Of a DNA stretch of 64,000 nucleotides, positions 44,126-56,728 are shown in pieces. Numbering within the stretch: the stretch's first letter is position 1; each line of letters begins with the position of its first letter. The stretch lies in the NCBI RefSeq assembly GCF_016903815.1, contig NZ_CP069973.1; one strand, 5' to 3'. The DNA comes from Escherichia coli (GTDB taxonomy: Bacteria; Pseudomonadota; Gammaproteobacteria; Enterobacterales; Enterobacteriaceae). The translations under genes and the position numbers were made by a program. The notes under the pieces were generated by a model, which made no database searches, was not told the origin of the DNA, and was given only the letters and a program-made list of their open reading frames with translations.

Positions 44126-45178
44126 ATGAAAAAAATACCCTGCGTGATGATGCGAGGTGGAACCTCGAGGGGCGCGTTCCTGTTAGCGGAACATTTACCC
44201 GAAGATCAAACGCAGCGCGATAAAATATTGATGGCAATTATGGGTTCCGGTAACGATCTGGAAATTGACGGTATTGGCGGCGGTAATCCGCTGACCAGTA
44301 AAGTCGCCATTATTAGCCGCTCCAGCGATCCGCGTGCAGATGTCGATTATCTGTTTGCTCAAGTTATCGTCCATGAGCAACGTGTCGATACCACGCCTAA
44401 CTGCGGCAATATGCTGTCTGGCGTTGGGGCATTCGCCATTGAAAATGGTTTGATTGCAGCGACTTCGCCAGTTACCCGCGTACGTATCCGCAACGTCAAT
44501 ACGGGTACGTTCATCGAAGCTGATGTGCAAACGCCAAATGGTGTTGTCGAGTACGAGGGTAGCGCCAGAATTGACGGCGTACCGGGTACTGCCGCACCGG
44601 TTGCGCTCACTTTCCTGAATGCCGCCGGAACCAAAACCGGAAAAGTCTTCCCGACGGATAATCAGATTGATTATTTTGACGATGTCCCGGTGACCTGTAT
44701 CGATATGGCGATGCCAGTTGTCATTATTCCTGCTGAATATCTGGGAAAAACAGGCTATGAATTACCGGCGGAGCTGGATGCCGACAAAGCATTATTAGCC
44801 CGCATTGAATCTATCCGTCTACAAGCGGGTAAAGCAATGGGCTTAGGCGATGTCAGTAATATGGTTATCCCTAAACCTGTGCTTATTTCTCCAGCGCAGA
44901 AAGGCGGAGCAATTAATGTGCGTTATTTTATGCCGCATTCTTGCCATCGCGCGCTGGCGATAACCGGTGCTATTGCCATTTCCAGTAGTTGTGCATTGGA
45001 AGGCACCGTCACCCGACAAATCGTCCCTTCTGTAGGATACGGCAATATCAATATTGAACACCCCAGTGGTGCGCTCGACGTTCATTTAAGTAATGAAGGT
45101 CAGGATGCCACGACGTTACGCGCATCTGTTATTCGGACAACCAGAAAAATATTTTCCGGTGAAGTTTTTCTTCCCTGA
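44126..45178 (+). CDS. ybhH: PrpF/AcnD-accessory family isomerase YbhH
   Basis: 350 aa. Confidence 0.9.
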   Translation: MKKIPCVMMRGGTSRGAFLLAEHLPEDQTQRDKILMAIMGSGNDLEIDGIGGGNPLTSKVAIISRSSDPRADVDYLFAQVIVHEQRVDTTPNCGNMLSGVGAFAIENGLIAATSPVTRVRIRNVNTGTFIEADVQTPNGVVEYEGSARIDGVPGTAAPVALTFLNAAGTKTGKVFPTDNQIDYFDDVPVTCIDMAMPVVIIPAEYLGKTGYELPAELDADKALLARIESIRLQAGKAMGLGDVSNMVIPKPVLISPAQKGGAINVRYFMPHSCHRALAITGAIAISSSCALEGTVTRQIVPSVGYGNINIEHPSGALDVHLSNEGQDATTLRASVIRTTRKIFSGEVFLP

Positions 45179-45253
45179 AAAAATTCGTTGTCAGGATAAG
45201 GACAATCAATAAAGGACTTCTGTATGAGTCATACAGAAAGAACAGGATTTTAA

Positions 45254-46687
45254 ATGAATAAAAAATCGTTATGGAAGCTAATTCTGATATTAGCGATCCC
45301 ATGTATTATTGGCTTTATGCCAGCTCCGGCAGGATTAAGCGAACTGGCGTGGGTGCTTTTTGGTATTTACCTGGCGGCCATTGTGGGGCTGGTTATCAAG
45401 CCTTTCCCGGAACCTGTCGTACTGTTAATTGCCGTTGCTGCCTCCATGGTGGTGGTCGGTAACTTATCCGACGGTGCGTTTAAAACCACCGCCGTATTAA
45501 GCGGTTACTCTTCAGGTACCACCTGGCTGGTGTTCTCGGCGTTTACCTTAAGCGCCGCATTTGTGACCACCGGCTTAGGTAAACGTATTGCCTATTTGCT
45601 GATTGGTAAAATTGGTAGCACTACCCTGGGTCTGGGTTACGTTACGGTATTTCTCGATCTGGTACTGGCTCCGGCAACACCGTCTAACACCGCGCGTGCG
45701 GGCGGCATTGTGTTACCGATCATCAACAGCGTGGCGGTGGCTTTGGGGTCCGAACCGGAAAAAAGCCCGCGTCGTGTCGGACATTACCTGATGATGTCCA
45801 TTTACATGGTCACCAAAACCACCAGCTATATGTTCTTTACCGCAATGGCGGGGAACATTCTGGCGCTGAAAATGATCAACGATATTCTGCACCTGCAAAT
45901 TAGCTGGGGTGGATGGGCGCTGGCCGCCGGATTGCCGGGTATCATTATGCTGCTGGTCACCCCGCTGGTGATTTACACCATGTATCCGCCAGAAATTAAG
46001 AAGGTGGATAACAAAACCATCGCCAAAGCGGGCCTTGCCGAACTGGGACCGATGAAAATCCGCGAAAAAATGCTGCTCGGTGTCTTCGTGCTGGCGCTGC
46101 TGGGCTGGATTTTCAGTAAGTCACTGGGGGTTGATGAATCCACCGTGGCAATCGTTGTTATGGCGACCATGCTGCTGCTGGGTATCGTTACCTGGGAAGA
46201 CGTGGTTAAAAATAAAGGCGGCTGGAATACCTTAATCTGGTACGGCGGTATTATCGGCTTAAGCTCCTTATTATCGAAAGTTAAATTCTTCGAATGGTTA
46301 GCTGAAGTCTTTAAAAATAACCTGGCATTTGATGGTCACGGTAACGTTGCTTTCTTCGTTATTATTTTCCTCAGCATTATCGTGCGTTATTTCTTCGCTT
46401 CCGGTAGTGCCTATATCGTTGCCATGTTACCGGTATTTGCCATGCTGGCGAACGTCTCCGGCGCACCGTTAATGTTAACCGCGCTGGCACTGTTGTTCTC
46501 CAACTCCTATGGCGGCATGGTTACTCACTATGGCGGCGCGGCAGGTCCGGTCATCTTTGGCGTGGGTTATAACGATATTAAATCCTGGTGGTTGGTCGGT
46601 GCGGTACTGACGATATTAACCTTCCTGGTGCATATCACCCTTGGCGTGTGGTGGTGGAATATGCTGATCGGCTGGAACATGCTGTAA
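45254..46687 (+). CDS. ybhI: DASS-family (anion:sodium symporter) transporter YbhI
   Basis: 477 aa polytopic membrane protein. Confidence 0.9.
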   Translation: MNKKSLWKLILILAIPCIIGFMPAPAGLSELAWVLFGIYLAAIVGLVIKPFPEPVVLLIAVAASMVVVGNLSDGAFKTTAVLSGYSSGTTWLVFSAFTLSAAFVTTGLGKRIAYLLIGKIGSTTLGLGYVTVFLDLVLAPATPSNTARAGGIVLPIINSVAVALGSEPEKSPRRVGHYLMMSIYMVTKTTSYMFFTAMAGNILALKMINDILHLQISWGGWALAAGLPGIIMLLVTPLVIYTMYPPEIKKVDNKTIAKAGLAELGPMKIREKMLLGVFVLALLGWIFSKSLGVDESTVAIVVMATMLLLGIVTWEDVVKNKGGWNTLIWYGGIIGLSSLLSKVKFFEWLAEVFKNNLAFDGHGNVAFFVIIFLSIIVRYFFASGSAYIVAMLPVFAMLANVSGAPLMLTALALLFSNSYGGMVTHYGGAAGPVIFGVGYNDIKSWWLVGAVLTILTFLVHITLGVWWWNMLIGWNML

Positions 46688-46689
46688 AT

Positions 46690-46816
46690 ATACTCGTCAT
46701 ACTTCAAGTTGCATGTGCTGCGTCTGCGTTCGCTCACCCCAGTCACTTACTTATGTAAGCTCCTGGGGATTCACTCGATTGTCGCCTTCCTGCAACTCGA
46801 ATTATTTAGAGTATAT
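46690..46816. repeat. ERIC/IRU intergenic repeat, copy 2 (ybhI-ybhJ intergenic)
   Basis: caagttgcatgtgctgcgtctgcgttcgctcaccccagtcacttacttatgtaagctcctggggattcac, reverse complement of the ERIC consensus. Confidence 0.85.
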
Positions 46817-46869
46817 CCATTTATTATCTTTCTGCGCACTTCTCGGTGCGCAGATATCTGGAGCATTTG

Positions 46870-49131
46870 ATGATCAAGTTATCTGAAAAAGGCGTGTTTC
46901 TCGCCAGTAATAACGAAATAATTGCCGAAGAACATTTCACCGGCGAAATTAAAAAAGAAGAAGCAAAAAAAGGCACTATTGCCTGGTCTATTCTCTCTTC
47001 TCATAATACGTCCGGAAATATGGATAAACTTAAAATTAAGTTTGATTCATTAGCCTCTCACGATATTACCTTTGTTGGTATTGTACAGACCGCTAAAGCG
47101 TCCGGTATGGAACGTTTCCCGCTGCCGTATGTGCTGACCAACTGCCATAACTCACTTTGCGCCGTCGGCGGCACCATTAACGGTGATGACCATGTTTTTG
47201 GTTTATCGGCGGCTCAGCGTTATGGCGGTATTTTTGTGCCTCCGCATATTGCGGTCATCCATCAATATATGCGCGAGATGATGGCAGGCGGCGGCAAAAT
47301 GATCCTCGGGTCAGACAGCCACACCCGTTACGGTGCATTAGGGACAATGGCAGTCGGTGAGGGCGGCGGCGAGTTGGTAAAACAATTGCTTAATGACACC
47401 TGGGATATCGACTATCCGGGAGTTGTTGCGGTGCATCTGACCGGAAAACCAGCGCCGTATGTGGGGCCACAGGATGTGGCGCTGGCTATCATCGGTGCCG
47501 TGTTCAAAAACGGCTACGTCAAAAACAAAGTGATGGAATTCGTAGGTCCCGGTGTTGCTGCGCTCTCTACCGATTTCCGTAACAGCGTTGACGTTATGAC
47601 CACGGAAACGACCTGTTTAAGTTCTGTCTGGCAAACCGATGAAGAAGTCCATAACTGGCTGGCGCTGCACGGTCGCGGCCAGGATTACTGCCAGCTTAAC
47701 CCTCAACCGATGGCGTACTACGATGGCTGCATCAGCGTTGATTTAAGCGCCATCAAACCAATGATTGCGCTGCCGTTCCACCCGAGCAACGTGTATGAAA
47801 TCGACATGCTGAACCAGAACCTGACCGACATTCTGCGTGAGATTGAAATTGAGTCCGAACGCGTGGCGCACGGTAAAGCCAAACTCTCGCTGCTGGATAA
47901 AGTGGAAAATGGTCGCCTGAAAGTGCAGCAGGGGATTATCGCAGGCTGTTCTGGCGGTAACTACGAAAACGTCATCGCGGCGGCGAATGCACTGCGCGGT
48001 CAATCCTGTGGCAATGACACCTTCTCGTTAGCGGTTTACCCGTCATCACAGCCGGTGTTTATGGATTTAGCCAAAAAAGGCGTGGTAGCAGATTTGATTG
48101 GCGCAGGCGCAATCATCAGAACCGCGTTCTGCGGCCCATGCTTTGGCGCGGGCGATACGCCAATCAACAACGGTTTGAGCATTCGCCACACCACGCGTAA
48201 CTTCCCGAACCGCGAAGGCTCTAAGCCAGCCAATGGGCAGATGTCAGCGGTGGCGTTGATGGACGCTCGTTCTATCGCTGCGACTGCGGCAAACGGTGGC
48301 TATTTAACCTCTGCCAGCGAACTTGATTGCTGGGACAACGTGCCGGAGTACGCCTTCGATGTAACGCCGTATAAAAACCGTGTTTATCAGGGCTTTGTGA
48401 AAGGGGCGACCCAGCAACCGCTGATTTACGGACCGAACATTAAAGACTGGCCGGAATTGGGTGCGCTGACTGACAATATCGTCCTCAAAGTGTGCTCGAA
48501 GATCCTCGACGAAGTCACCACCACCGACGAACTGATTCCTTCCGGTGAAACCTCTTCTTATCGTTCAAATCCGATTGGTCTGGCGGAGTTTACCCTGTCA
48601 CGCCGCGATCCAGGTTATGTTGGCAGAAGTAAAGCGACTGCTGAGCTGGAAAATCAGCGTCTGGCGGGGAATGTCAGCGAGCTGACAGAGGTGTTTGCGC
48701 GCATTAAGCAGATTACTGGTCAGGAGCATATTGATCCGCTGCAAACTGAAATTGGCAGCATGGTCTATGCGGTGAAACCAGGCGATGGTTCTGCGCGTGA
48801 GCAGGCGGCGAGCTGCCAGCGTGTGATTGGCGGTCTGGCGAATATTGCCGAGGAGTACGCGACTAAACGCTACCGTTCTAACGTCATCAACTGGGGGATG
48901 TTACCGCTGCAGATGGCGGAAGCGCCAACGTTTGAAGTGGGGGATTACATTTACATCCCTGGCATTAAAGCAGCGCTGGATAATCCGGGTACGACGTTTA
49001 AAGGTTATGTGATCCATGAAGATGCGCCGGTAACGGAAATTACGCTTTACATGGAAAGCCTGACGGCCGAAGAGCGCGAGATTATCAAGGCGGGTAGTTT
49101 GATTAACTTCAATAAAAACCGTCAGATGTAA
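46870..49131 (+). CDS. ybhJ: Aconitase-family hydratase YbhJ
   Basis: [18 protein letters not shown]..., aconitase-like Fe-S domains; start trimmed from ORF 46846. Confidence 0.9.
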   Translation: MIKLSEKGVFLASNNEIIAEEHFTGEIKKEEAKKGTIAWSILSSHNTSGNMDKLKIKFDSLASHDITFVGIVQTAKASGMERFPLPYVLTNCHNSLCAVGGTINGDDHVFGLSAAQRYGGIFVPPHIAVIHQYMREMMAGGGKMILGSDSHTRYGALGTMAVGEGGGELVKQLLNDTWDIDYPGVVAVHLTGKPAPYVGPQDVALAIIGAVFKNGYVKNKVMEFVGPGVAALSTDFRNSVDVMTTETTCLSSVWQTDEEVHNWLALHGRGQDYCQLNPQPMAYYDGCISVDLSAIKPMIALPFHPSNVYEIDMLNQNLTDILREIEIESERVAHGKAKLSLLDKVENGRLKVQQGIIAGCSGGNYENVIAAANALRGQSCGNDTFSLAVYPSSQPVFMDLAKKGVVADLIGAGAIIRTAFCGPCFGAGDTPINNGLSIRHTTRNFPNREGSKPANGQMSAVALMDARSIAATAANGGYLTSASELDCWDNVPEYAFDVTPYKNRVYQGFVKGATQQPLIYGPNIKDWPELGALTDNIVLKVCSKILDEVTTTDELIPSGETSSYRSNPIGLAEFTLSRRDPGYVGRSKATAELENQRLAGNVSELTEVFARIKQITGQEHIDPLQTEIGSMVYAVKPGDGSAREQAASCQRVIGGLANIAEEYATKRYRSNVINWGMLPLQMAEAPTFEVGDYIYIPGIKAALDNPGTTFKGYVIHEDAPVTEITLYMESLTAEEREIIKAGSLINFNKNRQM

Positions 49132-49167
49132 AAAAAGGCGCTATGAAATATAGCGCCCAGTTTCATT

Positions 49168-49201
49168 AACCCGATGGTTCAGACTATCGGGTTTTCTTTT
49201 T
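49168..49201 (+). terminator. Rho-independent terminator after ybhJ
   Basis: aacccgat-ggttcagact-atcgggttttctttttt. Confidence 0.7.
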
Positions 49202-50484
49202 TACTTCTTCGCCTCTGCAACCACTTTGCTACCCACGCCGCGGTTATTGTATTCCCACATGCGGTTGTAGTTAGTGTCATTCATATTGCGTTGTATTTCG
49301 TCGCTATCGTCAACACTGCCGGTGTTACCTGCGAATGGACGATTGGAAATCACCGCATCGGCCCACGGTTTCGCCGTGTTAAAACCTTCGTTGATGGCGC
49401 TATCACGGATCACCACCTGACCGTTGGTATTGGCATCAACATCCAGCGAGCGGCCCAGTTGCGCCACGCCATCACCGGAAGCATTGAAACGGCTGTTTAC
49501 GGCGAGGAAACCGTAGTAAATGTTGGACAGCGTAGCCGGTGCAAACACATACGCTTCTTGCTGGGTACGGGAGTTCACCACGCGGAATTCGGTGTTATCG
49601 AACACCACTGCGCCGCGACCAGAAACGATATCCACATCCCCTTCAATATAGCTGTTGGTCACCAGCGTACGCGGCTGACGATTCGTTTCCAGACGGTTCT
49701 GCACACCGCTATTGGTGACAAAGAAGGTGTTCTGACGACCGAGAATGTTAACGTTGTTAATCTGTACCTGGTCACCATCAGTACGCAGTGCCACCGCCGG
49801 ATGGTTACCCGCATCTACGCTATCACCCAGCGTGTTTTCGATGGTCAGGTTTTGCAGTTGCAGGCCATTGTTTTGTGACCAGAAGACCGCAGAGCAGAGA
49901 ACACCGATACTGTCGCTGCGTTTGCTCTGGCAGCTATCGTACATATACCACGCTGGTTTACCTGGCATATATTTGCCGCGCGGGTTGACGTCGTGACGCC
50001 AGTCGGCAGGGCTCATGCCCCCATCAAGGGAAAGCCCAATCTTCACATCAATCGGTTTTTCACCTGTACCGTACAGAGTAATTCCACCCGGAGCGGCAGG
50101 GACATATACCGTTCCCTGATACTCACCAGGCATCACGGCAATATACTGGCGCTTGTTGGTACGCTTGATAATTGCCGCATCTACCGCCGCCTGAATCGTG
50201 GTATGCGTTACACCTTGAGTACCCGCCGGGCCGACAACAAAGTCAGGTTGCGCAGGCAAGGTAATTGGGGAAGGATTCCACGCTGCCGCACCTGGTGTCA
50301 GGGATGCAAAATAGTGTTGAGCATCGAAATTCTGCGCTTCTTTTGCCGACAGAATCGGGCGTGAAGAGGTACCAGGCGCGGTTTGATCAGAAGGACGTTG
50401 ATCGGGCGGTGTTGAGCTACAGGCGGTCAGCGTCACGCCAAAAGCCAATGCCAGCGCCAGACGGGAAACTGAAAATGTGTTCAC
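49201..50484 (-). CDS. ybhC: Pectin methylesterase-like outer-membrane lipoprotein YbhC
   Basis: 427 aa, lipobox LTACSS, parallel beta-helix pectinesterase fold. Confidence 0.92.
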   Translation of the reverse strand: MNTFSVSRLALALAFGVTLTACSSTPPDQRPSDQTAPGTSSRPILSAKEAQNFDAQHYFASLTPGAAAWNPSPITLPAQPDFVVGPAGTQGVTHTTIQAAVDAAIIKRTNKRQYIAVMPGEYQGTVYVPAAPGGITLYGTGEKPIDVKIGLSLDGGMSPADWRHDVNPRGKYMPGKPAWYMYDSCQSKRSDSIGVLCSAVFWSQNNGLQLQNLTIENTLGDSVDAGNHPAVALRTDGDQVQINNVNILGRQNTFFVTNSGVQNRLETNRQPRTLVTNSYIEGDVDIVSGRGAVVFDNTEFRVVNSRTQQEAYVFAPATLSNIYYGFLAVNSRFNASGDGVAQLGRSLDVDANTNGQVVIRDSAINEGFNTAKPWADAVISNRPFAGNTGSVDDSDEIQRNMNDTNYNRMWEYNNRGVGSKVVAEAKK

Positions 50485-50635
50485 AGGTTGCTCCGGGCTA
50501 TGAAATAGAAAAATGAATCCGTTGAAGCCTGCTTTTTTATACTAACTTGAGCGAAACGGGAAGGTAAAAAGACAAAAAGTTGTTTTTAATACCTTTAAGT
50601 GATACCAGATGGCATAGCGCCATCTGGCAGAGTGA

Positions 50636-51112
50636 TTAACTAAACATCGCAGTAATCGAGGCGCTTGCCAGAGAGTGGAAATGGACGTTAAACCCGACCA
50701 TCGCGCCGCTGGCACCTTCATCGACATCAATACGTTCTACATCCAGCGCGTGAACGGTAAAAATGTAGCGATGGGTTTCGCCTTTCGGCGGCGCTGCACC
50801 ATCGTACCCGGTTTTACCAAAGTCGGTACGCGTCTGCAAAACGCCGTCTGGCATTGCTACCAGACCAGAGCCAAACCCTTGCGGTAATACGCGGGTATCA
50901 GCGGGTAAATTAACAACGACCCAGTGCCACCAGCCGGAGCCGGTTGGCGCATCCGGGTCGTAGCAGGTGACGACAAAACTTTTCGTTCCCGCAGGAACAT
51001 CATCCCACGCCAGATGCGGTGAAATATTATCGCCATCGTAACCCATGCCGTTAAAGACATGACGATGTGGCAACTTATCGCCATCGCGCAGATCATTACT
51101 GATGAGTTTCAT
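50636..51112 (-). CDS. ybhB: PEBP/RKIP-family protein YbhB
   Basis: 158 aa. Confidence 0.92.
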   Translation of the reverse strand: MKLISNDLRDGDKLPHRHVFNGMGYDGDNISPHLAWDDVPAGTKSFVVTCYDPDAPTGSGWWHWVVVNLPADTRVLPQGFGSGLVAMPDGVLQTRTDFGKTGYDGAAPPKGETHRYIFTVHALDVERIDVDEGASGAMVGFNVHFHSLASASITAMFS

Positions 51113-51170
51113 GAACCCTCCTTTCTAGTTTGCAGAAAGTGCAGCCAGAAACCCTCACGCTGACTTCCCG

Positions 51171-52460
51171 TTATTGGCAAAAAAATGTTTCATCCTGCAC
51201 CGCACGATTAACCGCTGCGGTCAGACGCTGCAACTGTTGCGGGAGAATAATATAGGGCGGCATCAGGTAAATCAGTTTGCCAAATGGTCGTATCCAGACA
51301 CCCTGTTCGACAAAGAATTTTTGCAGCGCTGCCATATTCACCGGACGAGTGGTTTCGACCACGCCAATGGCCCCTAGCACGCGCACATCGGCAACCATTT
51401 TGGCATCACGGGCTGGTGCCAGTTGCTCGCGCAGTTGTACTTCAATAGCCACCACCTGCTGCTGCCAGTCGCCAGATTCGAGAATCGCCAGGCTGGCGTT
51501 TGCTGCCGCGCAGGCTAGCGGATTGCCCATAAAAGTTGGCCCATGCATAAAGCAACCGGCTTCGCCGTTACTGATGGTTTCCGCAACCTCGCGCGTGGTG
51601 AGTGTGGCGGAAAGGGTCATTGTACCGCCGGTTAAGGCTTTACCGAGGCACAAAATGTCCGGCGCGATATCTGCATGTTCACAGGCAAACAGTTTGCCAG
51701 TACGACCAAATCCGGTGGCGATCTCGTCGGCAATCAGCAAGATACCTTCGCGATCGCACATTTTGCGGATTCGTTTTAACCATTCCGGATGGTAGATGCG
51801 CATCCCGCCTGCGCCCTGGACAATCGGTTCAATGATCACCGCCGCGATTTCATGACGATGCGCCGCCATCAGGCGGGCAAAGCCCACCATATCGCGCTCA
51901 TCCCATTCACCATCCATGCGGCTTTGCGGGGCGGGAGCAAACAAGTTTTCTGGCAGATAGCCTTTCCACAGGCTGTGCATTGAGTTGTCCGGATCGCACA
52001 CCGACATCGCGCCAAAGGTATCGCCATGATAACCATTGCGGAAGGTCAGAAAACGCTGGCGCGCTTCGCCTTTGGCCTGCCAGTACTGCAACGCCATTTT
52101 CATCGCCACTTCTACCGCTACGGAGCCGGAGTCCGCGAGAAAAACGCATTCCAGCGGTTGCGGCGTCATCGCCACCAGTTTGCGGCACAGCTCAATGGCT
52201 GGCGCATGAGTGATACCGCCAAACATCACATGCGACATGGCATCAATTTGCGACTTCATCGCCGCATTAAGCTGCGGGTGATTGTAACCGTGGATCGCCG
52301 CCCACCAGGACGACATACCGTCAACCAGGCGTCTGCCGTCAGACAAAATTAGCTCGCAACCTTCGGCGCTCGCCACCGGATAAACCGGCAGCGGGGAGGT
52401 CATGGATGTGTAGGGGTGCCAGATATGGCGTTGGTCAAAGGCAAGATCGTCCGTTGTCAT
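51171..52460 (-). CDS. bioA: Adenosylmethionine-8-amino-7-oxononanoate aminotransferase
   Basis: [20 protein letters not shown]...; ORF track extends 37 codons upstream (52571), into the operator region. Confidence 0.97.
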   Translation of the reverse strand: MTTDDLAFDQRHIWHPYTSMTSPLPVYPVASAEGCELILSDGRRLVDGMSSWWAAIHGYNHPQLNAAMKSQIDAMSHVMFGGITHAPAIELCRKLVAMTPQPLECVFLADSGSVAVEVAMKMALQYWQAKGEARQRFLTFRNGYHGDTFGAMSVCDPDNSMHSLWKGYLPENLFAPAPQSRMDGEWDERDMVGFARLMAAHRHEIAAVIIEPIVQGAGGMRIYHPEWLKRIRKMCDREGILLIADEIATGFGRTGKLFACEHADIAPDILCLGKALTGGTMTLSATLTTREVAETISNGEAGCFMHGPTFMGNPLACAAANASLAILESGDWQQQVVAIEVQLREQLAPARDAKMVADVRVLGAIGVVETTRPVNMAALQKFFVEQGVWIRPFGKLIYLMPPYIILPQQLQRLTAAVNRAVQDETFFCQ

Positions 52461-52467
52461 AATCGAC

Positions 52468-52507
52468 TTGTAAACCAAATTGAAAAGATTTAGGTTTACG
52501 AGTCTAC
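52468..52507. promoter_or_regulatory. bio operator (BirA binding site) between divergent bioA and bioBFCD
   Basis: ttgtaaaccaaattgaaaagatttaggtttacgagtctac, the 40-bp imperfect palindrome of bioO; one position (tacGag) differs from the K-12 sequence as I remember it. Confidence 0.85.
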
Positions 52508-52546
52508 ACCGAATTAACAACAAAAAACACGTTTTGGAGAAGCCCC

Positions 52547-53587
52547 ATGGCTCACCGCCCACGCTGGACATTGTCGCAAGTCACAGAATTATTTGAAAAA
52601 CCGTTGCTGGATCTGCTGTTTGAAGCGCAGCAGGTGCATCGTCAGCATTTCGATCCACGTCAGGTGCAGGTCAGCACTTTGCTGTCAATTAAGACCGGAG
52701 CTTGTCCGGAAGATTGCAAATATTGCCCGCAAAGCTCGCGCTATAAAACCGGGCTGGAAGCCGAGCGGTTGATGGAAGTTGAACAGGTGCTGGAGTCGGC
52801 GCGAAAAGCGAAAGCGGCGGGATCGACACGTTTCTGTATGGGCGCGGCGTGGAAGAATCCCCACGAACGCGACATGCCCTATCTGGAGCAGATGGTGCAG
52901 GGGGTAAAAGCGATGGGCCTGGAGGCGTGTATGACGCTGGGTACGTTGAGTGAATCTCAGGCGCAGCGCCTTGCGAACGCCGGGCTGGATTACTACAACC
53001 ACAACCTCGACACCTCGCCGGAGTTTTACGGCAATATCATCACCACACGCACTTATCAGGAACGCCTCGATACGCTGGAAAAAGTGCGCGATGCCGGGAT
53101 CAAAGTCTGCTCAGGTGGCATTGTGGGCTTAGGCGAAACGGTAAAAGATCGCGCCGGATTATTACTGCAACTGGCAAACCTGCCGACGCCGCCGGAAAGC
53201 GTGCCAATCAATATGCTGGTGAAGGTGAAAGGCACACCGCTGGCGGATAACGATGATGTCGATGCCTTTGATTTTATTCGCACCATTGCCGTAGCGCGGA
53301 TCATGATGCCGACCTCATACGTGCGCCTTTCTGCCGGACGCGAGCAGATGAATGAACAGACTCAGGCGATGTGCTTTATGGCCGGGGCTAACTCAATTTT
53401 CTACGGTTGCAAACTGCTGACTACGCCGAATCCGGAAGAAGATAAAGACCTGCAACTGTTCCGCAAACTGGGGCTAAATCCGCAGCAAACTGCCGTGCTG
53501 GCAGGGGATAACGAACAACAGCAGCGTCTGGAGCAGGCACTGATGACCCCGGACACTGACGAATATTACAACGCGGCAGCACTATGA
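52547..53587 (+). CDS. bioB: Biotin synthase
   Basis: 346 aa, radical-SAM CxxxCxxC (CPEDCKYC). Confidence 0.97.
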   Translation: MAHRPRWTLSQVTELFEKPLLDLLFEAQQVHRQHFDPRQVQVSTLLSIKTGACPEDCKYCPQSSRYKTGLEAERLMEVEQVLESARKAKAAGSTRFCMGAAWKNPHERDMPYLEQMVQGVKAMGLEACMTLGTLSESQAQRLANAGLDYYNHNLDTSPEFYGNIITTRTYQERLDTLEKVRDAGIKVCSGGIVGLGETVKDRAGLLLQLANLPTPPESVPINMLVKVKGTPLADNDDVDAFDFIRTIAVARIMMPTSYVRLSAGREQMNEQTQAMCFMAGANSIFYGCKLLTTPNPEEDKDLQLFRKLGLNPQQTAVLAGDNEQQQRLEQALMTPDTDEYYNAAAL

Positions 53588-54738
53588 GCTGGCAGGAGAA
53601 AATCAACGCGGCGCTCGATGCGCGGCGTGCTGCCGATGCCCTGCGTCGCCGTTATCCGGTGGCGCAAGGGGCCGGACGCTGGCTGGTGGCGGACGATCGC
53701 CAGTATCTGAACTTTTCCAGTAACGATTATTTAGGTTTAAGCCATCATCCGCAAATTATCCGTGCCTGGAAGCAGAGTGCGGAGCAATTTGGCGTCGGTA
53801 GCGGCGGCTCCGGTCACGTCAGCGGTTATAGCGTGGCACATCAGGCGCTGGAAGAAGAACTGGCCGAGTGGCTGGGCTATTCGCGGGCACTGCTGTTTAT
53901 CTCTGGTTTTGCCGCTAATCAGGCGGTCATTGCCGCGATGATGGCGAAAGAGGACCGTATTGTTGCCGACCGGCTTAGCCATGCCTCATTGCTGGAGGCT
54001 GCCAGTTTAAGCCCGTCGCAGCTTCGACGTTTTACCCATAACGATGTCGCTCATCTGGCGCGACTGCTTGCTTCCCCCTGTCCGGGGCAGCAACTGGTGG
54101 TGACAGAAGGCGTGTTCAGCATGGACGGCGATAGTGCGCCACTGGCGGAAATCCAGCAAGTAACGCAACAGCACAATGGCTGGTTGATGGTCGATGATGC
54201 CCACGGCACGGGCGTTATCGGGGAGCAGGGGCGTGGCAGCTGCTGGCTGCAAAAGGTAAAACCAGAATTGCTGGTGGTGACTTTTGGCAAAGGATTTGGC
54301 GTCAGCGGGGCAGCGGTGCTTTGCTCCAGTACGGTGGCGGATTATCTGCTGCAATTCGCCCGCCATCTTATCTACAGCACCAGTATGCCGCCCGCTCAGG
54401 CGCAGGCATTACGTGCATCGCTGGCGGTCATTCGCAGTGATGAGGGTGATGCACGGCGCGAAAAACTGGCGGCACTCATTACGCGTTTTCGTGCCGGAGT
54501 ACAGGATTTGCCGTTTACGCTTGCTGATTCATGCAGCGCCATCCAGCCATTGATTGTTGGTGATAACAGCCGTGCGTTACAACTGGCAGAAAAACTGCGC
54601 CAGCAAGGCTGCTGGGTCACGGCGATTCGCCCGCCAACCGTACCTGCTGGTACAGCGCGACTGCGCTTAACACTAACCGCCGCGCATGAAATGCAGGATA
54701 TCGACCGTCTGCTGGAGGTGCTGCATGGCAACGGTTAA
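53584..54738 (+). CDS. bioF: 8-amino-7-oxononanoate synthase
   Basis: 384 aa. Confidence 0.97.
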   Translation: MSWQEKINAALDARRAADALRRRYPVAQGAGRWLVADDRQYLNFSSNDYLGLSHHPQIIRAWKQSAEQFGVGSGGSGHVSGYSVAHQALEEELAEWLGYSRALLFISGFAANQAVIAAMMAKEDRIVADRLSHASLLEAASLSPSQLRRFTHNDVAHLARLLASPCPGQQLVVTEGVFSMDGDSAPLAEIQQVTQQHNGWLMVDDAHGTGVIGEQGRGSCWLQKVKPELLVVTFGKGFGVSGAAVLCSSTVADYLLQFARHLIYSTSMPPAQAQALRASLAVIRSDEGDARREKLAALITRFRAGVQDLPFTLADSCSAIQPLIVGDNSRALQLAEKLRQQGCWVTAIRPPTVPAGTARLRLTLTAAHEMQDIDRLLEVLHGNG

Positions 54739-55480
54739 TAAACAAGCCATTGCAGCGGCATTTGGTCGGGCAGCCGCGCACTATGAGCAACACGCAGAGT
54801 TACAGCGCCAGAGTGCTGACGTCTTACTGGCAATGCTCCCACAGCGTAAATACACCCACGTACTGGACGCGGGTTGTGGACCTGGCTGGATGAGCCGCCA
54901 TTGGAGAGAGCGTCACGCGCAGGTGACGGCGTTAGATCTCTCGCCGCCAATGCTTGTTCAGGCACGCCATAAAGATGCCGCAGACCATTATCTGGCGGGA
55001 GATATCGAATCCCTGCCGTTAGCGACTGCGACGTTCGATCTTGCATGGAGCAATCTCGCGGTGCAGTGGTGCGGTAATTTATCCACGGCACTTCGCGAGC
55101 TGTATCGGGTGGTGCGCCCCGGAGGCGTGGTCGCGTTTACCACGCTGGTGCAGGGATCGCTCCCTGAATTACATCAGGCGTGGCAGGCGGTGGACGAGCG
55201 CCCGCATGCTAATCGCTTTTTACCGCCAGATGAAATCGAACAGTCGCTGAACGGAGTGCATTATCAACATCATATTCAGCCCATCACGCTGTGGTTTGAT
55301 GATGCGCTCAGTGCTATGCGTTCGCTGAAAGGCATCGGTGCCACGCATCTTCATGAAGGGCGCTACCCACGAATATTAACGCGTTCGCAGTTGCAGCGAT
55401 TGCAACTGGCATGGCCGCAACAACAGGGGCGATATCCTCTGACGTATCATCTTTTTTTGGGAGTGATTGCTCGTGAGTAA
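54725..55480 (+). CDS. bioC: Malonyl-ACP O-methyltransferase
   Basis: [24 protein letters not shown]...; start trimmed from ORF 54686. Confidence 0.95.
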   Translation: MATVNKQAIAAAFGRAAAHYEQHAELQRQSADVLLAMLPQRKYTHVLDAGCGPGWMSRHWRERHAQVTALDLSPPMLVQARHKDAADHYLAGDIESLPLATATFDLAWSNLAVQWCGNLSTALRELYRVVRPGGVVAFTTLVQGSLPELHQAWQAVDERPHANRFLPPDEIEQSLNGVHYQHHIQPITLWFDDALSAMRSLKGIGATHLHEGRYPRILTRSQLQRLQLAWPQQQGRYPLTYHLFLGVIARE

Positions 55481-56150
55481 ACGTTATTTTGTCACCGGAA
55501 CGGATACCGAAGTGGGGAAAACTGTCGCCAGTTGTGCACTTTTACAAGCCGCGAAGGCAGCAGGTTATCGGACGGCAGGTTATAAACCGGTCGCCTCTGG
55601 CAGCGAAAAGACCCCGGAAGGCTTACGTAATAGTGACGCGCTGGCGTTACAGCGCAACAGCAGCCTGCAGCTGGATTACGCAACGGTAAATCCTTACACC
55701 TTCGCAGAACCCACTTCGCCGCACATCATCAGCGCACAAGAGGGCAGGCCGATAGAATCATTGGTAATGAGCGCCGGATTACGCGCGCTTGAACAACAGG
55801 CTGACTGGGTGTTAGTGGAAGGTGCTGGCGGCTGGTTTACGCCGCTTTCTGACACTTTCACTTTTGCAGATTGGGTAACACAGGAACAACTGCCGGTGAT
55901 ACTGGTAGTTGGTGTGAAACTCGGCTGTATTAATCACGCGATGTTGACGGCACAGGCAATACAACACGCCGGGCTGACTCTGGCGGGTTGGGTGGCGAAT
56001 GATGTCACGCCTCCGGGAAAACGTCACGCTGAATATATGACCACGCTCACCCGCATGATTCCCGCGCCGCTGCTGGGAGAGATCCCCTGGCTTGCAGAAA
56101 ATCCAGAAAATGCGGCAACCGGAAAGTACATAAACCTTGCCTTGTTGTAG
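55473..56150 (+). CDS. bioD: Dethiobiotin synthetase
   Basis: GTG start, then [17 protein letters not shown]-loop; overlaps the bioC stop. Confidence 0.95.
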   Translation: MSKRYFVTGTDTEVGKTVASCALLQAAKAAGYRTAGYKPVASGSEKTPEGLRNSDALALQRNSSLQLDYATVNPYTFAEPTSPHIISAQEGRPIESLVMSAGLRALEQQADWVLVEGAGGWFTPLSDTFTFADWVTQEQLPVILVVGVKLGCINHAMLTAQAIQHAGLTLAGWVANDVTPPGKRHAEYMTTLTRMIPAPLLGEIPWLAENPENAATGKYINLALL

Positions 56151-56636
56151 CCATCCTGTATTTGGTTAAATTGCGAGCGAGATCGCGTCTTCGATTGACT
56201 GCAATTTAACCAATTAAATTCTAAAATAATCACGAAAAAAATTTTACTTCCGCATCATGCGATGTATGTGGGAATTGCCCAGGCGGCGGGGGATAGGGGC
56301 TGCAGACAGTTATCCACTATTCCTGTGGATAACCATGTGTATTAGAGTTAGAAAACACGAGGCAAGCGAGAGAATACGCGGCTTGCACGCGAATTGGCGT
56401 TAAAGACGGCTCAAAGAAATATCTTTTATTTTTTAACTGGTTAGATAATTGCAATGGCAGTCACTGAAGAGGCATCTCTTGCCATAAAACTGTCATCACT
56501 CATCTTGACAAATGTTAAAAAAGCCGTTGCTTTGGGGATAACCCGGTAAGGCCGGAGTTTTATCTCGTCACAGAGTAAATTTTGCTCATGATTGACAGCG
56601 GAGTTTACGCTGTAACAGAAATATTATGGTGAGGAA

Positions 56637-56652
56637 CTGTTTTTTTATCCAG
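56637..56652. promoter_or_regulatory. LexA box (SOS operator) in the uvrB promoter
   Basis: ctgtttttttatccag (CTGT-N8-ACAG family) overlapping a tataat -10 element, about 80 bp upstream of uvrB. Confidence 0.85.
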
Positions 56653-56728
56653 TATAATTTGTTGGCATAATTAAGTACGACGAGTAAAATTACATACCTG
56701 CCCGCCCAACTCCTTCAGGTAGCGACTC

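Noticed and set aside
49174-50364. ORFs 49174-49878 plus and 49993-50364 plus, antisense to ybhC
   Set aside because: Fully overlapped by the conserved ybhC lipoprotein gene on the minus strand; no recognisable motifs.
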